A stretch of DNA of 61,994 nt, counting the filler, from Sphacelaria rigidula (Eukaryota), in assembly GCA_964200075.2 (NCBI GenBank). It is 10 parts of 10 records of this genome, joined end to end, with 100 filler letters (N's around TTAATTAATTAA, not from the genome) between each part and the next. Parts side by side here need not be neighbours in the genome. Positions count along the whole stretch, not along the records: positions 43,468 to 49,576 come from CAXNAA020022165.1; positions 49,677 to 55,785 come from CAXNAA020022166.1; positions 55,886 to 61,994 come from CAXNAA020022167.1; 7 more parts are not named here. One strand, given 5' to 3'. The position numbers and the translations under genes were made by a program. A model generated the notes under the pieces. The model was not told where the DNA came from. It was given only the letters and a program-made list of their open reading frames with translations, and ran no database searches. Numbering within the stretch: the stretch's first letter is position 1; each line of letters begins with the position of its first letter. Below are positions 43,564-56,725 of this stretch, piece after piece.

Positions 43564-46243
43564 CTTAAGATCCAGAAGCGATTTCCGATCCTCTTCAAGC
43601 TTCTTGCGCAGTCGCTCTATCGTGCGGGTAGCGCCCTCACCCTGAGCTTGGAGGTCCTCGGTCCTCCGCCGAGTCAGCTGTTTCCGATTACAGTAGGGTG
43701 GTGCGGATGGATACGAACGCAGTTTGGCGTCGTCGTCGACTGGGTGATCGCCGCCTGAGGCGGCGAAGCGCATGTGTACTCGTGCAACGCAGCAAAGCAT
43801 GTACCGTACTCGAAACGGACGCGCGACTCGTGAATACTAGACTGGCGGTGTGGGAGAACGCGTTTTGGTATCGGGGAGCTGGTTGTCTTGAAAACACGCG
43901 CCCCTTCTGCTTTGTGAGTACCATAGTTCCTACTAGCGTTCTGTCCGCGCTTGATGTTGCTGTGCGCCTCTCAATGAGCCACATCCTCGTGAATGAAGTC
44001 TTTCGCCGAAGGTTCTGATCTCACGCCTGTGTTCAAGAGCAGCACCCTTTTGTTGTACAATGACACTAAACGCCAGTCGGCTAACGCGTGCTAGGATCGG
44101 GACGACCCACTTCATCTGCGTGCATGCTCCGAGGAGTATATAGTAGTTGTACTTTCTTCACCGGCGCATGCCTTCAATGTCCCGTTTCGAGTATGATGCT
44201 GTGGTTGTCAGAAACCCAAGATTCGAACTTCCGGTTGAACTTCGAGCATGCCGCAGTCGTCATCACAAATCTTGTCCGAGATTCTTTGGTCAGCTCACTC
44301 GTCTCTGCAGTGATATCTATTCATCGATACCTCGCCCCCCTTCTCGACGTTCACAGACTGCTGCGTGTGACACTCGGCCCGGTTAATTACCTCGAACTTG
44401 TCCGGGATGTCGTCAACATCCGCGGCGCCCACCAGCGTGGCTAGCTGCTCGAGCGCAGCATCGGCGTCTTCTTGCTGCAAAATATGACGGCACGGGAACT
44501 ATATCCATCAAGTCGTTTGTAGGAGATTTCGTTTTGCAGCTTGTTACAAAAAGGGACGTTTATGGCGTGTCAACACATGCGAGTGATGGACATACACGAT
44601 CCCTCTTCATCATCTCCTCGCAGGTCCGCCCGAGGAACCGGCATTGCGGCACTCCATACCACATAATCACACGACGTACGCATGTTCATTTTTCCTTTAT
44701 TTATGTAAAGGGAGATGGGTACTGCAGGCATCGCCCACACTACATTACATCAAACGGGTACTGCATTTCGAGTCATCGACACAAGTGTATCATCAAACGG
44801 CTACCGCCGGGAGGTCAGGCATACATTCACCATGTCAAAAACGGAGATGTTATGGTTGATAAGCCCGGCCGGGTACCGTTAACCTGGAATTTTCGGAGCC
44901 ACTTTCAGTATACTAGACGTCGACGGCTGAACGATAGTGATGTCCAGAAGCTAGCTTGCGACGCGCAAGTAAACGTCTATGTCCTATGGTCGATTCGATT
45001 ATGGGTAGATACGTGAGTCAAAACTCACACACAGGACGAGCTGCCTGTTCTGTGCGTTCGGCTCAAACCACGTGGGGGAAAACAATGAGTCAAAAGTAGT
45101 CGCGGTTGGTCGTGAAAACCATCCAGAACCTCAAACGCAGTACTCTGAAAAATGATAATACTTGCTCTCAGCGAGAACCAGTAGCACAAGAGGCCAGCAC
45201 TGTACTGTCATTCTACACCTGAGGCAAGATCACTATGATGGAACACGACCACTTGCGCAATACAAACAAACCTGAGAAACGTCATGATACGAGTGCACCC
45301 GGAAAAAAATCCCAGTCATACCTGTGAGGTTAGACGCTGCCTGAGTGGGTGTATACATGTTGAAATAAAGTCGAAAAAATAACAAACATGTTCAACATCT
45401 CGTTCGCGCAGCATTGCGGTTCGATGATTTCGCGAGTATTGTATATTTCACACACGAATAAACCATACTTGCAGCACCTAAGAATATCAACAAAAAAAGG
45501 CAGCACGGTGACATCTCGCTCACCTCCTCCTCTATGTCTGCTTGTACCCGCCTCGTATCCGCGCGTCTTGCAGCCCCGTCCTTGGTGGCTGTCAACATCA
45601 CGCCCGCGGCTACCGCGGGAAGACTGCACGGGGAGCATAACACAACCGCACAGCGTTAAACAAAACAAAATGACGTATATACATCAGGTTGGAAACAAAT
45701 GGCAAATTTTGATAATCTCCTGTGTATACAAGGACGTTCGTTCACTGACACGAACGGTGATACATCAGTTGTGGCTCAGCAACAATACGGCGACATAGGG
45801 GTAAGGCCCAAAGTCATTCGCCTCATTTGAACTCGCCTTACTATGAGTCTCCTGAATATTTCTGAACAAAATGTATTTGAGGAGAGTCGACGAGATCCGC
45901 GAGTGCTGGTCCGATTCGCGATACCACAATGTGTCGCGAGTACCGGGGGGGGGGGGTGTACTCATGATCATGCAATGACGGCCTACAATGAGTCGCTTTA
46001 TTGTCTGGTATCGCCACTTCCAGAGACAATCGCCACTTCCAGAGACAGCCACGGCTTATACACTGCCTCGTGGGTGCGTCACCATTGGGGGGGGGGGGGG
46101 GGGGGGGGGGATTGCCCCCGGCGGCCAAGAAATTTTTCCGGGGGGGGGGGGGGGAGGAAAAGGGTTACAAAAAAAAAAAGCGGAGGNNNNNNNNNNCCCA
46201 CCCGCCCCAGCAGCCTGACGCCCTCGGCCCGGCGCGCGCGGTG

Positions 46244-46293
<50 letters not shown>

Positions 46294-49200
46294 TGGACTG
46301 ACCCCTGCAGCCTACGAACTTATCCCGAGGAGGCGGAGGGATGAAAAGCGTTACGATAAACAAACTGCGTAGCATGTGTTTTTGGTGATACCGTCGGGGG
46401 AGAAGAGTAACGCAGCATCAGCAGCAGCAGCAGCTATTTATGTGTTGGCGTCGTTTCACTTTTGTTTCTTGTCTGCTCGCTCGTAGGGAAAGTCGTAGAG
46501 TTTGTGTCAGCCTACAACAGTGTCGTACAACAAACGTGCGTTCGGTTGGTTTTATTCTACTCTCACACAATTATGTTCATCATTCGCTGATTCTGAAGCA
46601 TGCGCACGCGTTCTTCTTGTGGTCGAGCTGGTGTGTCACAGATGGAGGGTGCGTATCTTCATCATTCCGCGCCGGGACGAGAGGCAGTCGACACACCATA
46701 CTGTTCTATAGATACGCGACATTGCGTATGATAGGTCTAAGCATGTTTCCAAATCCTTTTGTGATCAACCACGCGCACATGTTGAACCTATCCCTTTCAT
46801 TTTTGTTCCCTGCCGTACCGGTTTGTTTTTACACGTTCAGTCTCCCCCCCCGTCAGGACAAACCGATGGTCTGGAGGAATCAATCCAACTCTTCCCCCGT
46901 ACTGTATCACAGCAAAACAGGCAACGACAGCGGTCTGGATGGGACTTTGCGTCGACGGGAATAGAGTGGAGAGAGAGGAACAGATAAATGTAGCACGCAG
47001 GTTTCTTTTTGCTCAAAAACGGGAGGTCATGAAGTATCATCCCTTGAACCCAGCGCGACATGTCTTATACCCAGTCCTTGCTCTCATCCCCAGGTCCGTT
47101 TTCTTTCCGAAACTGTCTAATGTCACCACAGACGGAACGTTTCTCGGCCAAGCAGAGCAACTCAGCGTGCCACTTTTACCTCTCTCTCTCTCTCTTCATC
47201 ATATCAATTGTATGAATATCATAACAATGACCAGTTAATGGAAGCGGGAAAATCAGGCTGTTTGGGTGTACTCATAATCATGCATGCCATAGTCATATGT
47301 CCATTGACCTCGCATCCCTACAAAGCCGGGATGGAGCACGCCGGGTTTTTGCCGGGCTAGGCTCGCACCCAGTCACTCAGCGCGAAGCGCCGTGGTGTGT
47401 TCGGCGAGTTGCGTGAAGGGTGAGCTGCATGCTGCTAACACTGTTCTGCCCGAAGCCTACTGATTATCTTGCCTTTGGATGACAGCCTACAATGAGTTGC
47501 TTTATTCTGTGGTATCGTCACTTCTAGAGACAGCCATGACTTACACACTGCCTCATGGGTGTCTCACCATTTAAGCACTACGTAGTACGATCATCCCCTT
47601 TGTACGAAGTTGAGGTTCTCCCACACCGCACAACACGATGATCTAGCTCGACAACCATCATGGTTACCGCAAAAACAAAACCGCAAGCGCGAAAACCAAA
47701 TCGGTACCCTGGTTGCCTAGCTTACGCAGTAAGTGGCGTGTTTTACAGCGTTATCGCCAATCGACGCCATCCCCATAGGGTTGTGCGTGTGCGTGAGTAA
47801 ATAGACGCCGTCGTGGTTGCTTACCCGGGTGATGACTGATTTCGTGAAACGGTGCCGTGCGTGGGGCCGGGGGCCTTGCCCAGCTTCGATGATGCCCCTT
47901 CCTCGATTTCCAGGTGATGCAGACATCTCCTCTCCGACTTTTGGCTTTTTTGGATCTGCTCTCGTAGCTGTTCCGACCGTGCGTTAACCTGTGAGTTTGA
48001 GCGTGTGAAGGCCAAGCAACGGCGGCAGGACTGGTTGCTCGGTTGCTGGTTTCTTGATTGATTTGATGTGATTGCCCTGAACTAACTGCTTGGTGCGCGA
48101 CGAATGTAGCCGTCTGTCATCATACGATGTGGTGGGAGCATCCGCAATACATGAACACTCGAGGGGAGGAAGAGAACGCGCATGCAAAAAAGACAAAAAG
48201 AAAGAAACATGTAAGCAAAAAACAAATAACCAATGCGTGATAAGATGACGCGACAGACACGAAATATATTTCAAGTGAAGGCGTCATCAAACGGCGAAAC
48301 GTACAGGATGAGACAGCGACATGGCTACATATGTAGCTGTAGCCCAACCAAAGGGGACGGCTCAAACATCCCTGTCTACAACCACACGCGCGCGCACCGG
48401 CAGAGTCATAGCAGAGCAAGACACGCTCTAGGAAAAGAAGGACCACCAACCACAACCCATACACTGCATCCATGACCGTAGGTTGGGTTGTGGTCGTTGT
48501 CATAATCTTGACCTGGTGTATTTGTTTTCAAGCTACAATTTTCGTTATTTTCATAAAGAACGGAGGTGTGGAAGGAGACCTGAGAAACACATCAAAACAG
48601 AAATTTAGGCGGTAGCAGAGTCATACAACACGCTAGGATGAGGAGAAATGGCTGCCCGGAGCAAGGGGGTTCATGGATGTGGCTAAGCATTTTAGGGGGG
48701 TGAAGCGTCGTCAAAATATTGACACGCCGCTGAATGCTCATACATCAAGGCCACTATAATGACTCTTTATTGCTCTCAGAGCGGATTTTTTCGGACAAGA
48801 ATTTTGGCCAATCCCCTCCCCTCCCCTCCCCCCTCCCCCCTCCCCCGACCGTGTAATGGCTTTAGAGCTGTGGCTGGAACAGACGGAGACACTGATGGAT
48901 GAATGAGCGATCAGGTGAGGGAGAACACTCCGTCGAAAAATGATGCAGTAAACGAAGGCTGTACTGTTCACACCCCTTCCTTTGCTCAGCGAGTGGCCTA
49001 CCTTCTTTTCTTGAAGGCTCGCCAAATAAATGCCTTTGAAGGCCTACGGTAGAGCGGTACAGACCTGTCGGAAAGTTGGTCGTACTCGCTGTATCACGGA
49101 TGGGGAAGACGTTGAAAGAAATAAACACAGCCCTTGCAAATGCGCAGGTATACTACAAAGAACCTCTGCCACTCCTGTCACAAGGGCAAGTGCATGTAAG

Positions 49201-49576
49201 TAGAGGAGCGCCAGCGGGAACTTCGTTGACATGGTGTCGTTCGCGTTTCTCTCGGGGAAAATACGTATCCCGTTCCTCGGTGTTCCGATGCCACTGCATA
49301 GCGGGACTTCCCACACACGGTTTAGAGGGGCATGCGTTTTTTTTTCAAGGGCGAAGCGAGACACACATAGATAGTCAGGCATACACGAACACACCTTTTG
49401 CCGTGCCGCCTTAGTACGTGCTAGCTGGGCCCTCAGACCATCGATACCAAGTCGTTCTATGGCATCCTTCTGCAAGAGAAGGTCTTGAACTTTGCCTGAT
49501 ACGTCCACCGTTTGTTGCTTCGACAAAAACATCTTTTGTTTCCGGGCGGCAGATCGGCGGTCGGGAGTCGGCGGTC
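43564..49576 (-). CDS. Partial spliced gene for a coiled-coil protein. Exons 49576-49395, 47988-47825, 45623-45524, 44474-44391, 43677-43564
   Basis: Phase-compatible (0,2,0,0) AG/GT junctions give a continuous frame: ...GLRAQLARTKAARQK|VNARSEQLREQIQK...SSPG|LPAVAAG...QADIEEE|QEDADAALEQLATLVGAADVDDIPDKFE|LTRRRTEDLQAQGEGATRTIERLRKKLEEDRKSLLDLK. The last donor is AG|GCAAGT. Confidence 0.75.
47263..47777 (-). repeat. ~500-bp dispersed element, intronic copy
   Basis: Aligns with 41129-41630. Confidence 0.9.
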
Positions 49577-49676
49577 NNNNNNNNNNNNNNNNNNNNNNNN
49601 NNNNNNNNNNNNNNNNNNNNTTAATTAATTAANNNNNNNNNNNNNNNNNNNNNNNNNNNNNNNNNNNNNNNNNNNN

Positions 49677-50614
49677 AGGGCTCGTCGGCCATGCGTAGAA
49701 ACGCCGCCACATCCTCCGCGCGAGGTTTCTCCGACAGAGCAGTCAGTTACGTCTGTAACGGAGGGCGCATAAGGCATTTGTACAGGGCCCAAACACGACT
49801 GGTTGGAATCCCGGATGGACGCGCGTAATAACCGACCGTCATGTGACAGCAGACCAGCCCTACGAGCAGCGGCTAAGTCCTTTACTGCCTCCTGCACAGA
49901 GGTATCACGGGCTGAACGGGAAGTAAGTCCTCCGTTCGCGCCAACAAAATTAGCCGTACAGGCGATGGCCGAGCGCTCATTGGCGTCAGAATTTCGAACA
50001 GTTCTACCTACGTTTGACTCATATTCTCCCCTCCCGACGGAAGACGAGTCGGTCATGGCCGCAGCCGTCAAAGACTGGACCAGAGACGCAAACCTCCTGT
50101 GAGGCATACTGCGGGCGTTACGACGAGATCCACGCGACGGCGAGTTCGGTGAAGCCGAACCCGCGCGCCCGGGGTCAGAGGCCGAGGGGGCGCTACTGCG
50201 CATCCCCAAGTATCGGGGGTCAGAAACATCCTCACCAGACGCCGCGGCAACATTCACAGGCGGACGCTGGTCAATTCCAAGCGTCTCGATATTCGACTGA
50301 GAGCGACTTGGGTCCCGATCTAGCGAAGCAGTCTCAACTGCAATAGCGCTAGATGATGAGTAAACTGACGCTGCGTTCGCAAGACGGCGCGATGGGACAA
50401 CGACCGTCGAGACAGTAGCAGGCAAAGAGCTGTCACTCCGTCCCAAGGGGTGGGAACGAGTCCGAGAGGCAACACTATGAGCAGAGATGTCAGTTCCAGC
50501 AACAGCACACGTGGAAACAGAAACATCCCCACTTGAAACCGACATCGTGGAGCGATCCAGCAGCACCGAGCGGAGAAGAACAGAACGAGCCCAGATCGGA
50601 GAAGACGGCGCCAA
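49677..50614 (-). CDS. Intronless Ser/Ala/Arg-rich ORF (likely start ATG 50545), probably the Gag N-terminus of a Ty3/gypsy element; cut by contig end
   Basis: More than 300 open codons with no intron, unlike the host genes here. From memory it resembles brown-algal retrotransposon ORF N-termini (VASRTRSH..SSLPATV), but no search was run. Confidence 0.5.
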
Positions 50615-52228
50615 CTGTCAGAACCACAACTGGCTTGTGGTGTTCTCGTCGGTTCACAGGCTCGGGTGTTCAGAGTTCTCGCTGGTGGTACGGCTTGCTC
50701 ATCGTGATCAAAAGTGTCGAGCTGGTGTCCCAAAAAGGTGTTGGTTGGGTGATGGTGTTACCACACTGCTGAGAGTGTACACTGGTAACTTGCCTTGCTG
50801 CTGCAGTAGTTCTCGGAAGACTAAATTCACGATAGGCACGCAGCACACGCTCAAATCCCCCTTTAGCCCCTGTCCTCATTCACACATCCGTGCTCATTCT
50901 CTTCGCAAACAGAAAATCTCCAGTCCCCCATAATACCCTACTTTCGACTGCAACTTCCTGTTGTTGGCTAAACCTAATTTGTCTCGCACTGCACATCTAT
51001 CTGGGATATACCACCAACCCAGCTCTCCTTCAAACCGAGCACAAATAATTAAGAACTGTATGATACGACTGTTCTCCAGTATACACTGCATCCAAGCCCT
51101 TCGTTATTCTGCACGCAGACGGGAACACTCACGCCACCTGCATCCGGAGTCCTTGTTATTCGTATCTCGTACACCTGCTACCGCTAGTATTTCTGTGTAT
51201 ACTTCAAGCCAACATTCTTCTATTTTACCAATACTTGCTCCGCGTAACGGTAGCTGAAACCCAGCCCAAGTTTGTGATCACAACAGTACTGTACTGCACT
51301 GTACAGTACTGTACGAATGTGCGCCGCAACGCCCATACCCTTCGAAGATAACTTACCGCTTGCAACAAAGAGGAAAATCGCGGCCCGCGCCGACCACAAA
51401 GGGCTGTGTAGCAAGGTGATGGGGACAATAGCATCATCCAGAGCCACAAGTGGTGGGCGGCCCGCCGGTCGCCGCATCCTGTTGAGAGCTCTCTACGGCG
51501 ACCCATACTGCTCGGTCATCAGATGTACTGTACATCACCTAGTGCTCACCCCACCCGAATTACAGAACTTGTATTTGCACCTGAAAGTAGATTGGATGGA
51601 ACTTTCAGTCTTCCTCCTAATCCTGAGGCGGTCACATACGTGGATTTTCACATAAAGCCACTATTTTGTGCAGACGCCAGACCCGTCATTCCTAACCAGC
51701 CTCATTGGTCATTCTGGAGGCCCGGTCCCGGAAGAGTTAACCTATAGACTATACATTTCTCGGCTGGTGACCTGAAGAACGCGGTTGCTTTATACACATG
51801 GCCTGATGAACGATCTGTACATGACCCTCTAATTCGTACAAGTTCGCGTGATGGGGATCTGTATGACTCGAGTATTCGTACCAGGGTTTCTACAGGTGAT
51901 TTGTATACTATTTATCCGTATGCCACCTCCTTGGGCACGCCTGTATCATCCGAATCAGGCTTACTCGGAACGCCAACAACCACCTGTCTATCCTCATAAC
52001 TCGCACAAGATACCTCCCTCGTGATCGACGATACCCGGAACACAAGGGCCGTTCCATAACTAGTTGCACTGACTGTGTCATTCGAATCGTGTACACAGAT
52101 GTGCTCACATTGTACCTGTTTGACCCGGGTGACACCGATAATGATATACCCGATTTGTGTTTGTTGAACATCTTGCCCCTAATCTATCCGCGAGCTAGGT
52201 GTAGAACGGCGACCGTGAAGACTCAATC

Positions 52229-52723
52229 ATGCCACGCGTTCCTACTAAAGGGGATAATCTCACCACGGCGACTGACGATTCAATGAAGCAATACTGGGAG
52301 ACACGCGCCAAGCAGAAGGAACAACTCGAGGAAGAGCGGAAAAAGCTCGAAGAACACATGAGGGACGCTGGGGTAGAACCTGTGAAACTATACGACGACA
52401 AGAATGATCGCGATGACCAAATCGCCCGACTGAACGTCGGAGGGTTGCATTTCGACGTCCCGTATTCCGTATCTCCGGAGATCGTCAATTCATCGCGAAT
52501 CCTGTCCGCTCTTCTCCTCGGCATCTGGAAAAACGAGCGGGTACCGCGCGACAGCAGCGGGCGCCTGTTTGTGGATGCGTCGCACGAGCTTTACACGGAA
52601 TTTCTTGAGGTAGCAGTGCAATACTACAAAAGCTTGGCGAAGTCAGCGACACCCTACTCACTGTTGACAGGGCATGATGCACCAGTTTCCAGACCCGCTC
52701 CCCAAAAAGGAGATGCTGCCGAG
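52229..52723 (+). CDS. First exon of a BTB/POZ (KCTD/T1-type) protein with N-terminal coiled coil
   Basis: EQLEEERKKLEEH coil; IARLNVGGLHFDV and PRDSSGRLFVDA (T1-type BTB motifs); donor GAG|GTGAGA. Downstream exons unresolved. Confidence 0.8.
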
Positions 52724-55520
52724 GTGAGACGTTGACCGATACACGCAGTAGTAGCTACTTTTTACTTTCACGGCCCTGTACCTAGACTTCCAAAGCACAT
52801 GTGCCTCACCCCCTCCCATCACTCCCATCTCCACCTCCCCTTACCACGTCGATATGTACCAACCTAATGCTCAGCGATAGTTAGATGTGTTGGGATTTCA
52901 GCCAAGAACAGAGAAGACGGCTTGACTTTTTTTCCTGCCAGCAACAACGGTATACGAGTAGCTCGTAGTTCCTGCCCAGAATATTCAGAGGATTCCTGAG
53001 TAAGGGCATTTTGGTCATGATCATACGGTGCGCTGCATGCGTGTCCGTCGTCACTGTGGTACGCGGCATTGCAACTTTGACAGGTGCGGCACGTCGCGTT
53101 GTTGTATTGTATCATCTCATTTATCTCGGCGATATTGTATATGTTACAAGGTTCCCCTTCCGGAGGTTGGTACGGGCCTCCCGTGGGTGACGTAAGTCGA
53201 AAATATATGGATAAGATCGGCTGTTATTGCATTTCAATGGACAGTGGTGATCGTGGCTGTGCAAACATCGCATGCGTTTTCGGATGGTAGCTCCGGATAA
53301 GGTTGATCAACTTGAGTAACACGGATGGAAGATAGTACAATTGTTGGGCGCCAATAATTTCGACATGCGTGGCATATGCGTCGCTGCTCGTCATCAGCTG
53401 TGCACGTTGTGCGTGACCTTGCTCAAATCTGTTCAGAATTTATTGAGAAATGTACAGTAGTAGTGTCGCACGCGGTGCAGTGTGTGCAGCATACGGGTTG
53501 TGCCATCCCGCATACAACAAACTCGCGTGACAGTCAGTAGTGCGGTAGCGACCGTCTCAGTGCACAGAATAAGACAGAGTTCGCAATCGGTGGCGGGCAC
53601 GACGAGTATGACACAATATGACCAGCAGTCAACACAGCCAGCATCAGCGACATCGTGCTATTTTATAGTGGTAACGCTGCCGGCGAAAAAGCACTGTACT
53701 GCCTGTACTCTCTGTCCCTGGCCCTACGGTCGTGAAGAGGATGCACGGAGTGCTGCAGCAGCTATGCTGTTGCCACGGTACTGTACATGCAACATGCACG
53801 GCTACTTTTGCACTGACTGTACTACACTTGTAGGCGAGGAGTGTGTGATGGAGTACTGACTGTACCATTGCGGGTGCGGTGTGCGAGGAGTGTGTGATGG
53901 AACGTCAACTCCCAGACAGAGAAATGTCTCTGGGAATCGATTACTTTTCCCGGAGAGATTTGGAAAAATCCCGCTGTCTGGGAATTCATCAGTTTCCAGA
54001 GACTTGTTCCTCTCACGTATGTTGAATATTTGTTATATCAAATGTGACGCAACGCAAATTCAAGCGAGACCGTGAAACATGCACATTTATTTGTGCATGT
54101 GTCCATCTCTGCTATCTCATTCCCTATTACACGCTTCGTCTAATTTCCTCTGAAATCGTGCCATACGTAATGCCCGAAGCCTGTCCCTCCCGGTCCGACT
54201 ACGGCATTCATGTATTATTTACTCCGATCGTGAATACACGATGTGATCCAAACATCATCAATCTCCGTGACTGACATATTTGCTTGCATCGACCGTTCCA
54301 CAATTGCCCTCACATTAGCCTAGATTGTTCACATTCGCACCCGTTCCACAAATCTCAGATCCCACAACGCTCCGATCTTTCACCTTTGACGCTCCGATCT
54401 TTCACCTTTTTTCATGAAAAATGGTCCTGCATTATGAAGGCCGGATGTTTATGGCAAACAGATTTTTGGCCCACGGATTGTTCACTTTTGGGATGTTTGA
54501 CCCACTTTTTGACCCCAAGCAGGGAAAATCGCCAACACACGTCTCGGAAACTTTGCATCACCCCACAGAGAGGAGCTCAGGCTACTTTTCAGGTTCGCTT
54601 GGGTTCGAGGTTTCAAGATTGGCCGCTAAACAATAAGTCGTGTGTAATAATCTGTGCTTGCCAACATGCGGCAGTCTGCCCAATAAGCTGTGGAGACCGC
54701 CATAGATTTTATTGCACACGGATTATTGTTCAGCGGGCACTCTCGAAACCTTGGAGCCAAGCGAATCTGAAAGGTGGGCTAGACTCCTCTCTGTAGGGTG
54801 ACGCATAGTGTGTAAAACGATCGCTTTCGATCGAAAACATGCCGGTCGAAAAGCACGAAGCGGGGCTTCACTCCTATCTTACAGAAACCACGCCAGATAA
54901 CACCTGTTCACAGGACCATGCAAACTCCATCCAAATCATTCTCAGCTACCACCACAACCCTGCAGCATAGAGCACGAGCTAAGCACAGGGATAGATACAC
55001 CGCTGCAGTAGTCGGGTGTGCTTTGTTTACCTTCTCTTGGCGAAAAATTGCGCATCTTCTCTCATGGTAGGGATCAGCGACGGAACTGCGTAGTACGGTG
55101 GGCAATCGAGTTGCGTGCACGCTCATGAACAGTGCAGGCAGTACAAAGCTGCATGTTGCTGAAGTCCTTTTCACGTCACATTGTAAGCAGAGCGAACGGA
55201 TAGTCCTTGGGTGTCTGCCCTGCACGTTGCCCGCATCTCCTTTATATCTTCCTGCACGAAACACGCACACACGCTATCAAGACACCCTGCTTGCAAGCAG
55301 GCAGTACAGACTGTCTGTACTGTACACGAGTGACCATGTACCGTTTCACAAATTTTACTGATATAGTACAACCGAGGTGGAGTTTGTGGTGTTGCCAGGG
55401 GTGGCTCATTTTCTTTTTAAAAGAAACATAACCCCCCAACGTTAAAAAAATCGAGGCAAAAAAGGAAAAAGGGGGTTCGTCAGGGGGGGTTGGGCGCCGG
55501 GCGGCGAGCCTGCGCTAGTT

Positions 55521-55650
55521 ACTTGAATTTAGTGTAGCGGTAGACTACTTGACTTTAGTGTACTTGTAAACAACTTGATCTTAGTGTAATCATCAACTAC
55601 TTGAACTAAGTGTAGAATTAGACTGCTTCAGTTTAGTGTACAGTTTGATT
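55521..55650. repeat. 26-bp-period array: conserved 16-mer plus variable 10-mer, 5 units
   Basis: ACTTGANNT(T/A)AGTGTA starts at 55521, 55547, 55573, 55599 and (degenerate) 55625. Confidence 0.85.
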
Positions 55651-56725
55651 ATCATCACATGATTGGGTAGACACTCGAGCAAGGTTGAACATGGATTTTA
55701 CTCCTTTCAGCGAGCGTGGTCCTTTTCAGCATTGCTTGAATATCGGGTATAGCTTGGGTAGTGAGGCGCAGTTATTTTCAACGTTNNNNNNNNNNNNNNN
55801 NNNNNNNNNNNNNNNNNNNNNNNNNNNNNTTAATTAATTAANNNNNNNNNNNNNNNNNNNNNNNNNNNNNNNNNNNNNNNNNNNNAAGAGAGATATGCCA
55901 CTTCAACCCCATATTTTGTATGAACCCCCAAATTTAATATCGGCTGTTATATCTGTTTTTTTGCGAGCCCGGAAGGTACTGGAGGAAGGGAGTCTACGCG
56001 ACTTGCTTTTTTTATGTATAGAAGTGAGTGTATCAGTTCTGAGGATCGCTCGTGTCGTGTGCGAACGTGATTGATGTTTGTGCGAAAATGTCTTCTCTCG
56101 AAAGCCACGACGTAAGAAGCATTTGAGCAAGCAAAACACAAGTCGAACCTTGAAGAATGGACGGGAGTAATATATATATATATATATATATACTTTTTTT
56201 TTTCTTCTTTCATTTTGTACTTTTCGTTGTCGACACGTTTTTTGGGTACCGTGAGGATGACGTTGGTGACTTTTTCGCGGCATTGATTTTCGAAAATGCT
56301 ATGGTGCAAGCAATCCTGATCTGTGGCATTTTGCTCAAGTTGTGGGGTGGGTAGGAATGAGGCAACGAGTACGCGATAAATCGACGGAGCCGGCGCTTGA
56401 CAGCCTTCTTCATCAGGAGATATGTTTTCCCCCTGCATGTTCAAATACTCTCAAAGCTAGTGCTGTCTTGAACTTATCGGAGGAGGGATGGGGGGAAGGG
56501 ATGATGTTCTTCGCGAGCCGTATTCGCGCTCGCTCCGCCCTTTTGCATGCATGGGTGGCGTTGACACTTGCCATGAAGCAGATAAGGATAGGACACAATG
56601 GAGGTATTGATATTTTCATTCAGTTTTTAATTTCTGTAGGTAAGATGACGGAACAGTTCGATGTCGGAGATACCATGACGGGGTGGTGCTGCAGTTTTTA
56701 TTCAATCCTCCTGAGTGTCGCATGG

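Noticed and set aside
46087..46295. Gly/Pro-rich ORFs and a G-quadruplex cluster
   Set aside because: Long G runs flank an internal N gap and look like low-quality sequence; run lengths are unreliable.
6111..55885. Regularly spaced TTAATTAATTAA motif every ~6.2 kb, and ORFs running into N runs
   Set aside because: Artificial linkers between size-sorted contigs; no biological periodicity or cross-contig synteny can be inferred.
56210..56620. Possible LINE RT C-terminal remnant (SSDKFKTAL...)
   Set aside because: Similarity too weak to support without a search.
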